Of a DNA stretch of 60,000 bases, positions 12,601 through 24,600 are shown piece after piece; the first letter of the stretch is position 1; every line of letters starts with the position of its first letter. The stretch spans positions 45,200,001-45,260,000 of the forward strand of contig NC_087251.1 in assembly GCF_037042905.1 (NCBI RefSeq). Direction: 5' to 3'. The position numbers were made by a program, and so were the translations under genes. The notes under the pieces are model-generated. The model did not search any database, was not told the DNA's origin, and was given only the letters and a program-made list of their open reading frames with translations. The stretch is from Lytechinus pictus (Eukaryota).

Positions 12601-15600
12601 TTAATCCATGTGCATATATATTATCTCTTGCTAATTTGTTTATTTATATTCATTTTATGTTGCCCTGTGTACTGTTCGTCTATATATAGAACAGACAACC
12701 TGGACTTATTGTAATTGTTTCTCTTTTTATCAAGAACAGGTGATTTTATAAAAAAAAATATAATTCATTTTCAATATCAACATCTTCCTCCTTATCATTT
12801 TTCTCATGGCCATCGTCGTGTCTCTCATCACCACTCCGGGCCCCCAAATGCCGACTATATTGGACAATTTGGGGGTGGGCATTGATCATAGACTGGCTTA
12901 ATCACTGATCAGTGGGCCGGCTTAATACATGTTCTATTCAAACAGTTACACAAAAGATCATTGTGTAACTTACAGTCTTCTCATTGTTAGCTGTTCTATA
13001 ATCTTCACACCTCTATTCATTGTCCACAAAACGCGCCAGACGGTGTAATTAATTGACCCAAGTCAAGTCCACATATAGCTAGGGTTGTTCAATTCAACCA
13101 CGTTTCAAGAGTAATTAATATACGAGTAGACATTCCTGATCTTATCTAATATCTGTATAAAAATGTACACATTAGATAGGGAAGATTGATACTGAAGAAA
13201 TAAAACAATGTAAGAGTCTTGTACCGTCATATTATACATGTATGACTGATGGAACGATTGAAGTTAAAGAGAAATGCGAGAGAAGAAAGGAAAGAATGAT
13301 CTGAAGAAATAAAATAATTAAATGTATATAGACTTAAAAGAGATTGAACAAGAACGGTAGAAGAATAAAAGATAAGACAATAACAATTGATAGTGAATAA
13401 AATAAAGGGATAGACGTAGAAGATATTCAACAAAAAATTAAGAGCGATAGAAGAAAAGAGGACCGAAACTATTGATATTGAATAATAAAATAAAGGGATT
13501 GACTTAATAGAGATTAAGAGAAATTAAGATATATATATATAGCAGGCGTATGTGTACGTGTAGAACAAGAGAGGTTGATACTGACTAAATGAAAGCAAAT
13601 GATGGATAAATTGGAACGACTGATAAGAAAAGAAATACATGTAACCCATCCCCTCACCCATGCTGATGCCAGGCCGTCCTCGACTATACCCGATGTTCAA
13701 ACTATAACTATGTTGTGCATTAAATGAATAAGGTAAGTTTGTCTTTCCACATTTCTAGCTGATTGTTTTACTTTAATCATTTTTCATACACATTCATGAA
13801 AAACGTACTGCGCAATTTAATGTCATTTAATTGGATATATTTCTTTTTTTTTATTTAAGTATATTGCCACTTCCGGACATATTGTTTCCATTGTTTTATT
13901 GCTTGGTTTTCCCTCATTCGCTCCCTCAATAATTTTAATCACATCATATCACTACTGAAGTTTAGGGGTGGATCCAGCTTTTTCAACGGGGCCCGGGGGT
14001 TGTATGCTTATTCAGTAAAATCTTACAAGTTGATAAAAAATGAGTTTCACTCCCAAATAAAGGCAATATATTCCACGAAAAATCTGAACATAAAAGCAAA
14101 AAGAAACCTAAACGAAAAAAAGTCAGTTCATGGCCGTATGCAGCGGGGGGGGGGGGGGGGATATATTGAAAACTTAATATTTTATTTTTTTTACAAAATT
14201 AATTAAAGGCATGCACGAAATGCTTCAATTGCCCTTTACAGAATGGAAAGACGCAATGACAAGCACGGTCACTTTTCTCACTTCCTTTCAATTTTTTTTT
14301 TATTTTATGCATCTTGCCCACCCCCCCCCCCTACCCGCGAAAAATTTCTGCATACGGCCATGGGTCAGTTCACTTATGTATGTCCGATATTTACCACAAC
14401 AAATATTTTAATGACTCTCGATTGAAAGGGGGAGGGTGCTTATGCCCCCCCCCCCATCCTCTACGGCTCAAATTCACATTTTTTTTAATTTCAAAATTTT
14501 GCTTGTTTCGATTTCAAATGGGATTTTCAATTTCAGAAAAAAAATCCTTAGTACTTGTTCCCATTCTTTATAAAGTTCTCGCTATGCCTCTTAGAACTTG
14601 TTTTTTGTAGTATTTCTCGTTGATATTAGGCATAATCTATTCATTTTATTTTACTCCTAAATCATACTATAATTAAAAGAAAAAATCCATCTCGTGCGAG
14701 TACTCGTTTATGCTTTTGCAGATACCGTACCAGAAATGCACGAGCTCGAAAGAAAATCAGATTGCTCGAACTAAGTTACAACAAAATCACCAAATAGAAA
14801 GTATTTCGTGCTTTTTGTGCTATCCCAGTGATTGTTACTGAATCTAAACTCATTCTCTTCGGTAAAATGATACAGGTATTGTATTTTTTTAATGATGGAC
14901 GTCCATTTTAGAGACAAATCGGAAGTATATGCACTGTCACTGTCCTCTCTGCCTCTGCTCACATGTACCGCCTACTGGTACCGTAGTGTACCGTACGGTG
15001 ACTACCTAGCTTAGCTACCGTATACTATTCTCGTACTACTACTAGTGACAGTGTGATGATCATGGTAGCTAGCTAGCTAGTACTTAGTAGTACAATTCTT
15101 CAAGACTTAAGTTTAGCCCAGGCCTAGCGTTGATCGTATACCCATATATGCTTACTTTGTCTTTGTGGCAATGCAGATATCGACGAGTGAGATATATGTA
15201 ATAAGCACATTACAATTACAAGCCTTCACAAGCAATTTTAATAATGTTGATTCTACTCGATTGTCATAATGTAAATGTCCAGTCAGATCCTTTTTATGCC
15301 CAGTCGCCATATTATTACCAAGTTAGTAAAGATCTAGTACCACTAAAGATCTATTTGAGAATATCGACTAGGAGTAGGATTGTAGATCTAGTCTAACCCA
15401 TGCTCATGATTATGACAGTGCAGAGCTCCGATTTACCTCTATTCTGGATATGCTATCATAAAGAAATACGAAACCTGCATCATTGGACTGAAGAAGAGTA
15501 AGTCTACAACATGCACATACTAACGTTAGGTCTACATTTTTTAAAATACAGACAGCAAATTAACAATTACAATGTAAATGTTAATTTGCTGTCTGTATTT

Positions 15601-18600
15601 TAAAAAGATGTAGACCTGACGTTAGTACGTGCACATGGGCGAATTTGTAAGCAAACATAACCGAAGATATAATACTTACAGTTAATCAGGCCAATGTGAT
15701 CCATTGTCTGACTTCAGTGGTTTATCTTTGTGCCTTCAGGCTAATCCACCGTTGGGTCTTAGTTAAGACCAAATCTTTACTTATATTGACAAATATACAT
15801 CTATATATCAAATCAAATGCATGTTTCTAAGGAATGATAAGGGAAAAAATGAGTCGAGCAAGCATTAGCGTACCTACGGGGGGAGGGGGCAGAGGGTACA
15901 GACTGCCCCCCCCCCCCTGATGAGTCACGACCCATGCAAGAGACGTATCCCTGCCCCCCCCCCCTAACGAGCGAGCGAGATACAGATGGCCGCTCCTTTA
16001 AACTTGAAGACCTTTTTTTGGTCAATTTCTTTCTGATATGAAATCCGTAATTTGTGGTTGAAAGCCCTTTATTTTTATTTTTCTTGTCAAAATTTTTCCT
16101 GGTATAATATCTTTTATTTCTGGTCGAAGACCTTTTTTTTTTTCTTGTCAATTTTTTTGACGAATTTGCCCCCCCCCCCCCTTTGGAAAATCCTAGGTAC
16201 GCCACTGCGAGCAAGAGATGACAGCAGAGGTGACGTGATTCAGTGAGAGGAGAGAATATAAAAACAATTCTGAAAACTACCATTTGAACAATGAAGATTA
16301 ATAAAAATTGATAAAGATATATGGTTATGACAATCGGGTGACAATAAATTGACACTTAAATTTTTTTTTCTTTGTTAATTCATAAACACCAGATTGAGCG
16401 TCGCATAACAAAAAAAAAACACATACACACAACAAAAGGGATTCAAAAGGATTGAGAAGAGTGGAGTAGAAAAAAAGGGTAGGGATCGAGGGAGAAGTGA
16501 GCTGAGATAGCGATAGAGTAGAAATTCAAGAGTGAGACATGGGTCAAATGGAAATATATCAACATCAAAAACGATAAAAAATAAAATATGAGGAAACAAG
16601 GGAAAAGAACACTGATTGTAATTAAGCATGAGTCAGGGACAATCAAATTAAGCCCTGTACGTCCTGTGTTTGTGTGACTGGATCGAGTGGTGGGAGAAAA
16701 AAAGGAGTTTATCATTCCTTATATCATAATGGCGGAAGAATGTTTGGCAATAATGCACTGAAAATATGATGAAATTAAATCATTCTGGTTGCAAACAAAG
16801 TAAGAGAATGACGATAAAGGAATGTAAGGAAATAAACAATAGGTCTGTTTTTTCCAGCCTCGGCGTCTCTTGCTTAAAGGACTAGTCCACCCCAACAAAA
16901 ACTTGATTTGAATAAATAGAGAAAAATTCAACAAGCATAACACTGAAAATTTCATCAAAATCGGATGTAAAATAAGAAAGTTATGATAGTTTAAAGTTTC
17001 GCTTCATTTCACAAAACAGTTATATGCACATCTCGGTTGGTATGCAAATGAGGGAACTGATGACATCACTCACTCACTATTTCTTTTGTATTTTATTATA
17101 TGAAATATGAAATATTTTGATTTTCTCGTCATTGTCATGGGAAATGAAGTTTCATTCCTCCCTGAACACGTGGAATTCCATTATTTTAACATTTTGTGCT
17201 TCAGGCAAGGAGGTCCTAATCATCAAATTCGTAAAAATTGAAATACATGTAGAATTCAAACAATAAAAAACAAAAGAAATAGTGAGTGAATGACATCATT
17301 GACTCTCTCATTTGCTTGTAACTGGCTCGTTCACATAACTATTTTGTTAAAAATAAGCGAAACTTTGAAATGTCATAACTTTTTTATTTTACATCCGATT
17401 TTGATGAAATTTTCAGCATTGTGCTTGTCTGATTTTTCTCTATTGATTCAAATCAACATTTTTCTGAGGTGGACTTGACCTTTAATCTAGCCACCCCGCC
17501 CCCCTTTCTCTCCATTTTCTTTTGCTCTCTCTCTCTTGATCATTTCCCCCTCCATCTGTCTCTCGTATCTTTCGCTCTCTCCTTCTCTTGCTCGACTCTG
17601 TCCATTCTTATCTTGGATGCTCTATTTTCTTATAACTATTAACTACTTATCCCAGAAAGTACGTACGTGATCTCATCTCGACCCGACTTTCATTCAACGA
17701 AGTTCAGAAAGATGTAAATTTGAGGGCGATGACACGAGCGTGCATTAAAATTGTGCACTCGCGCCAAGCTCAACAGCTCTATGATCTTTTTTTGTTTGGG
17801 TTTCGAGGAGACGGCATCTTACGGCAATAAGTTGTTGCATGCTGTACATCGTAATTTCGAGAGAGACATCGCGGCAAGTCAGCAGGGCTAATTCGAGCCA
17901 TGTGAGTTGTCCAAATGGTGACATTTTATTAGTTATCAAATCAATATCTCTTCGACAGAAGATCGTCCCTCCTTCTGCGGTATTATCGCGGTAATACACG
18001 AGATTTTCATTTAAAAATCTCGTGGTACATTACCGTGGTAATTTCTCTCAGAGCGCGACTCCCGCCGATGGAAATTTGCTGGTGGTAATCGCGCGCGACC
18101 CGATTTCACATCGACTTACGCGGTACAGCGCGGTAAAGCGTCAACTTTATTCCGAGCAATACTGTATTTCTGTAACAATTCTTCAGAATAAATTAACCAG
18201 AAATCCCAATACATTTACAATCATTGATGATGTATAATGTGAGTTGTACCAATTCACACGAAGAATTTTAAGTCATTCACATACTGAACAGAACTTGACT
18301 ACCAATGATTTAAAATTCAAATTGAGAGGCTTTTTAACCTCCTCAAACATTAGTTTGCATTATGTAATAAACTTTTACTATCATTCCTGAATTACAGTAC
18401 AATATTGTGTCATTATATCTGTAACAATTCTTGAGAATAAATTAAATTAGTAATGTCACATTAACCAGAAATCCCAATACATTTACAATCATTGATGATG
18501 TATAATGTGAGTTGTACCAATTCACACGAAGAATTCTAATTCATTCACACGAAGAATTCTAATTCATTCATATACTGAACAGAACTTGACTACCAATGTT

Positions 18601-21600
18601 TTAAAATTTAAATTGAGAGGCTTTTTAACCTCCTCAAACATTAGTTTGCATTATGTAATAAACTTTTACTATCATTCCTGAATTACAGTACAATATTGTG
18701 TCATTATATCTGTAACATTTCTTGAGAATAAATTAAATTAGTAATGTCACATTAACCAGAAATCCCAATACATTTACAATCATTGATGATGTATAATGTG
18801 AGTTGTACCAATTCACACGAAGAATTCTAAAATCCATTCATTCACATACTGAAAAGAACTTGACTACCAATGTTTTATATCGAGAGGTTTTTTAACCTCC
18901 TCAATCTGGAATGAAATATAACTCAGTTTGATACCATAAATAATGCAAACATACATGTAACAAAACTCAAACTTCATGATGCTGAGCCTGGGATTTATGC
19001 CACTCTCTGAAGCAGTTTCTTTTGGCATTGAAACAGAGAAATACAGCACAAGTTTCACATTTTACACTTGATTTCACCTCAACCTTTAGTTTCCGAAAGC
19101 ACACCTGACAGTTTCTTCGCGTCATTGTCCAATCTGGCATATGCTTAGGCTCAGCATCATCCTTGTCCTGTTTATCATGTTTGGTTTGTGAAAACAAAGG
19201 GACTTCTGTTTCATCAGTAATGTCTCCTAACTGACAAGCAAGCTCTTCCCTAAATTCAAGCTGCAGATAGGTGGATCCACGTTGTAATTCAACATTATTT
19301 GGGTACTGCTGTTGAAATAGTTTGAATAGGATATATGAATTCACAACTGCTATGTCCACCATATGGTAAAACAAGGTTTTCCACCATTTTATTGTTTTTC
19401 TCAAAGTATCATATTTACCAATTAACTGGTCCGAGCGATCAACGCCATTCATGAAACGATTATAGTCTTGGAAAGCATTAGGTTGGCGTACAATATGGCG
19501 TGAAAATTTACCATTCACTTTTACCCTCCGGAGAGTATGACTGGCTGCATCAGCTTGGTGAATTGTAGACATTAAGGTCACCGTTTTATTGTCTTTCCAT
19601 TGCATAGTCAAAACAGGTCCATCCCTGTCCCATCGCATTTGTCCCTTCTTTGATTTTTTTGCCCATGATTTAAATGTTTTCTTGAAATGCGATGGAAAGT
19701 CTTTCCTGTTGGCGAGGGCCGTGCCACATGCTAATATACCACTAGCTTTCAAATCTCTGAAAAGTCTTGATGTAGTGTAAAAATTGTCACAGTACAGATG
19801 GTACCCCTGATTGATAAGCTTCTCACATAAACGAATGACGACATCATATGCCAGACCATGTTGCACCCCTTCAGCTTTGCGACCCGTGTAGACCTCAAAT
19901 TTGCATGTATAACCATTTGCCGAATCCGCGAGGACCCATAATTTAAATCCAAACTTTGTTGGTTTATCGCGGATATACATCCTGAACTTAAAACGTCCCT
20001 TTGAACGGACCATTCGTTCATCAATTGAGATGTTTTGAAACGGTTGATACAACTCCTGACACATGTTGTTAATGTGGTCAATAAGAAAGCGAACTTTTGC
20101 CAAGGGATCACCTTCCTCTTCATCCGTGGGATCAACCACATGAAGAAAGCTATTGATAGCTTTGTATCGATTCTTAGTCATAAAGGAACGCGCCCATATC
20201 CCATGATAGAGCGTTTTGGTTGACCAGTAACGATCTATATTCGGCAGCTGGACAAAGCCCATATATATCAGAAGACCAATGAAAGAATACAATTCATCCG
20301 GTGTAACATACGTGAAAGATCCATCACTATTTAGATAACTTTGCCCGTGATCTTTTCTTGCATTGATGAGAGCATAGGCATTTGTGAAATAGCAGATTTC
20401 TTCAATTATTGAGAGAGTAAAAAACAACTTGAAGAAGTCAACTGCCTTGGTGAACTGTGATGCTGATTTTCGGGTGCGAATTGAAGAAATTTGTACGCCT
20501 GCTTGACGATGGGGTAGGAAAAACCGAACCTCCTTTTTTGATGGTCCTGCATGATCCGTCTCATCGTAGCTTTTGTCCCCAATGTTGATTCTGATAATGA
20601 ATTAAAAAGAAAATAAGGTTGATAAAGTTTTAAAAAGTAAACAACTCAGTATTTCCATGATCTCATTTCCAATCACTCAAGTAAATTGAAATCAAATCGG
20701 ACATCGGCATGTGTTGAACATTATTTGTCACTTCTCCTCACTTTCGGCCGGCGTGGCTTACGGCCGCTGTCTGCGCAAAATGAAACTGTAATCAGCTATT
20801 TCATGGGAATATGCTGAGGTAGGCCTACATTGGCATTTAAATATGGAAAGCAAAGAAGTCAATGTAAGGATTAGTTAAGCAAGCCGTTATTTGAAAGACA
20901 CGATGCCTTATCATATTCCTGTAAAATTGATAGCCAATACATTTTGTGCGGATGGCCAAGAATGAAGAGCAACAACTACGGTACCGTAGTCTGAGACTCT
21001 GACATGTCTGAAACAACCTCAGATTTGATTCTTCCCAATGTCCGAGTTAAGTTCAATTTATGAAAGTGATTGGGAATGAGAAATTCAGGAATTTCTGTAA
21101 TTTGGGTGGAATTTCGTTTGGTGAAATTCAAAATACGATACTGCTTTAGCGCCGTGGTTACTCTGACCATAACTTACACAATATACTACATATGGGACCG
21201 TGATATGGCATTTACTGTGATACAGCAATCTGATCTATGCATCATGAACACAGTGAAGAAATGACATAATTTGCTGTCAGACATTTAAAAAAAATCTGGA
21301 ATAGTGGGTCTAATATGAAAATAAATGTTTACTTAGCGGAATCATGTCACTTATGACCTCGAAATAAGTTCCAAAATAAAGAAAAAACGGGTTTCAGATC
21401 ATTCTAGACGTACTGAATATTCCGATCGATCGTACACAAAAACAGCTGTTGGCTGATGCAAAAGCCCCACTTCCGGGTTGACACATTCGAATGTAAACAA
21501 ACAAAAACAACAATTTTCTACAATTTGGCCAGGAATATTGCCAAAAGATCATAAATCTAAGATTTAAAATACATTTCGAATAATTTGTATAGCTTTTTTC

Positions 21601-24600
21601 AATAAAATATAACGATTTACTTACGTGATTTTAGGCCGTTTTGAAGACAACACGTCTGTCCCGTCACGTGAAGCTGAACTTACTGAAGAGTTATCATCAT
21701 CGTCACTACTGCTAGTGAAACAATCACTCAAATCTTCGCTTGAATTTGACAAATCTGGGGCATTATTTCCATAGTCGATGTCATCCGATGGTAAATTGGT
21801 GTCATTACTTGACAATAATCCCAGTTTCATGGCCATATTTGATGATTTGAGCATAAATTTTTACGATAGATGATGCTTATGTCTCACCGAAACCCGTACA
21901 GTCGTCGCACATACAGGCGCGTAGTGTGTGAATTTACTACCGCTTGCCGAGAATGACCTTTTGGAGGGGTTCGGGGTTGAGGTATTTGCCGATCGTTTCC
22001 GAAGTATTCCGGCTATTTCCATATATGGTGTACCATCCGAAAGCTTGGAAATAGCCGAAGAGAATGATATGTCATTCGGCTATTTACGATAATACATGGC
22101 TATTCAACTCAAGATTTAGTTTCGTGTTACATTTGGATCGTTCATATATGAACGATTTTGGACACGCTGAACGGGTAAGAGTTAATAACCATTTTTATCA
22201 ATATAAAAGTTCTACATTACCCCAATCCTACCAGAGAATAAATAGCCATTTTCATGATAATTATAGAAATCGTCAACATGAAAACATTATATCCATTCAT
22301 AGAAATTAAATGCATCATTCATCATGAACTGAGGAATGACTAGTAACTAAAATCAAGCACAATAACTGCTGCATTCACAGATAGAGAACAAAAATTTGAT
22401 TCGATGAAATTAAAAAAAAGGAAGTTCAAGCATATAAGTGTAATAACAAATTGTTTGACAGCATCTTAATTTCAATTTCAGTTACACTGGGAAATTTATA
22501 CACATCCAAAGATATGCATCTTCAATACTACACATTTCCTCCACAACATGTTTTTGTTATAAACTAAGTATCGTTTCCTGATGTTTTGAAAATAAACTGA
22601 AAAACATATTCTAATTTCATCAGACAAATTTGTAGGTTGGATTGATAACTGCAATGATATAGTCTTAAGGTTGTGTATTCTGACCAAGCCTCCAAACATA
22701 ATGGCCCGAATTCACAAAGGTGGTGTTGAAAACCACCGGTTGAACCCATGGTTAATGCAGATTTTCTGTATCAATTACGCTTAATTTGCCGCGTATACTG
22801 AAAAGTGTCCAATGCTGATGCGTGCTTTGGTCACAGTGCGCAAAATTGATGCCTGTTGCCATGGTTAAGTATGCTATTTTATTTATGAGTCCACTGTTTT
22901 GAATTAATGAGCTTACTGTTAAAACAGTGGACATTTTTTAATATACGCGGTAAATAAGCGTAATTTATACAGGAAATCTGCATATACCATGGGTTTAACC
23001 GATGGTTTTAAAAACCACCTTTGTGAATTCGGGCCAATGGGAACAATCCCTCTGTTCCTGTACTAAAGTTTTCAAGGACCAGTAGATTATTTTACCCTCT
23101 TATCAACAGTATATGTTTAAATGATGTCACTTTCAAGGTCAATGATACTAACCCATTACACGTACATTAGGACCTTGTTCTCATCTTCTTTCTTAAACCA
23201 GTTCAGTAAAAAAAAAACCAGTTTAGTGGAAACCAGTTTAATGTGTATAGGAACGCTTGAAGCAGCCTTGGAAGTGATCTTACGTGGTCTTGCAAACCTT
23301 GTGACGTGGTTTTCAAGACCGCTTTGCCTCGTTAAACTGGTTTAAGCGTAGGTGAGGATATGACCAGCCTTTGAGAAGTGATCTTTACCCAGAAGTACAA
23401 TAGTTTGTGCACATTAGGAATGCTACTCAGAAGTTAAGTACATTAGCCTACATTGCAGTTTCAAATTTCATGTGAAACATTTGACCCCCCATGAGAGCAT
23501 TCCCATAGCAACAAGATTGCAGGACGTGAATTGGTTTTGGAAATCAGTTCAGGAGATTGTGATGAGAATAAAAAAATAAACCTTCAAAATATTTTGTTGA
23601 CAGTATGAATATATTTCTTCACTATATCACAGCTCACTTAATAATGAGAAAAAAAAAAAATACAATCATACTTTCAACATATTCCTTTACTGGCCTTATA
23701 TTCATTCATCTACATTCATATCACAATTTATTTCATAAGTGAATAGTTTGTATTGAAATGTTAATATGGATCTGTTATGTTATGTTTTCATGTTTTGTTT
23801 TGTTATGTCTTAGGGCTGTTTGGGAAACAAGAATATTGTTGAAAAAGCTACCCTGATTAGAAAAAACAAAACAAATAAATGAAATAAGATAAAAAATTAT
23901 TATCATATAAGACCACTAACCTGAAGAGATCTTAGTCTTGTTTCCAGCTGGCTGACGTCCGACATATCACCGTCCGTCTCAAACAATCTCCCTTCGATCT
24001 GCGTCAACCATGTCCTCAGCTGACCGATCACATCCTCGACCTCCAACGCCATGCTCATGGCCTGCTCCGCGCTGCCAAATACACATGCAGCTGGACTCCT
24101 GTCGAGGAAGAACGAAGGAATGTAAACAACGCTTTACAATGTAGCTTTACATAGGTTATTCCCACCCAGCCTCTTAAAAGATCAATCCTCACACAAGGAG
24201 CTTCTAATGTGAAACTTCATATACTGTACATGTACGTACTTACCGTTATAAAAGCTGGACGAATTAAAACAAGTGTTATTTCAATCAGAGTCTCGGTTGC
24301 ATTATATTGTATGCAATAACAATGACTTTCTATCGATACTGTCGACTAGCTCATTTCCTTATAAACCGTATTGTTTTGGTCTGTCTTTCTCACTTTCTCT
24401 CTCTGTGTTGTTGTTTTTATGCTTTAAGTGGAAGTTACCATTCAAGCTTAGTTTTAAATGAAGTATAATTCTTCTGAAGACTTTACAATGCACAGAGGTC
24501 AATCCCCCAAAGTCAGTATCATTCATAAATTAGAGCACAATGACCGTTCAACCTGCAAGGTCAAATACACATCCTATATCCACATTACCCATATACAACA

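Larger units (their letters stand above)
9533..18164. mobile_element. Large non-autonomous TIR element (TA target duplication, Tc1/mariner/pogo-like ends) nested in the piggyBac
   Basis: Perfect 25-bp TIR CAGTATTGCTCGGAATAAAGTTGAC at 9533-9557 and 18140-18164; TA at 9531-9532 and 18165-18166; flanks rejoin to match the empty repeat unit gtgtcatTAtatctgtaac. Confidence 0.9.
8573..22181 (-). mobile_element. piggyBac transposon (about 5.0 kb native, 13.6 kb including the nested insertion)
   Basis: TTAA at 8569-8572 and 22182-22185; imperfect TIRs CTCTTAACTGTTCAGGG / CTCTTACCCGTTCAGCG; internal transposase; its 3' repeat unit continues across the nested insertion. Confidence 0.85.

Noticed and set aside
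15813..17999. ORFs 15813-16355 and 17745-17999 as a transposase for the large TA element
   Set aside because: No DDE/DDD or HTH motifs; the first overlaps a hAT MITE and low-complexity sequence
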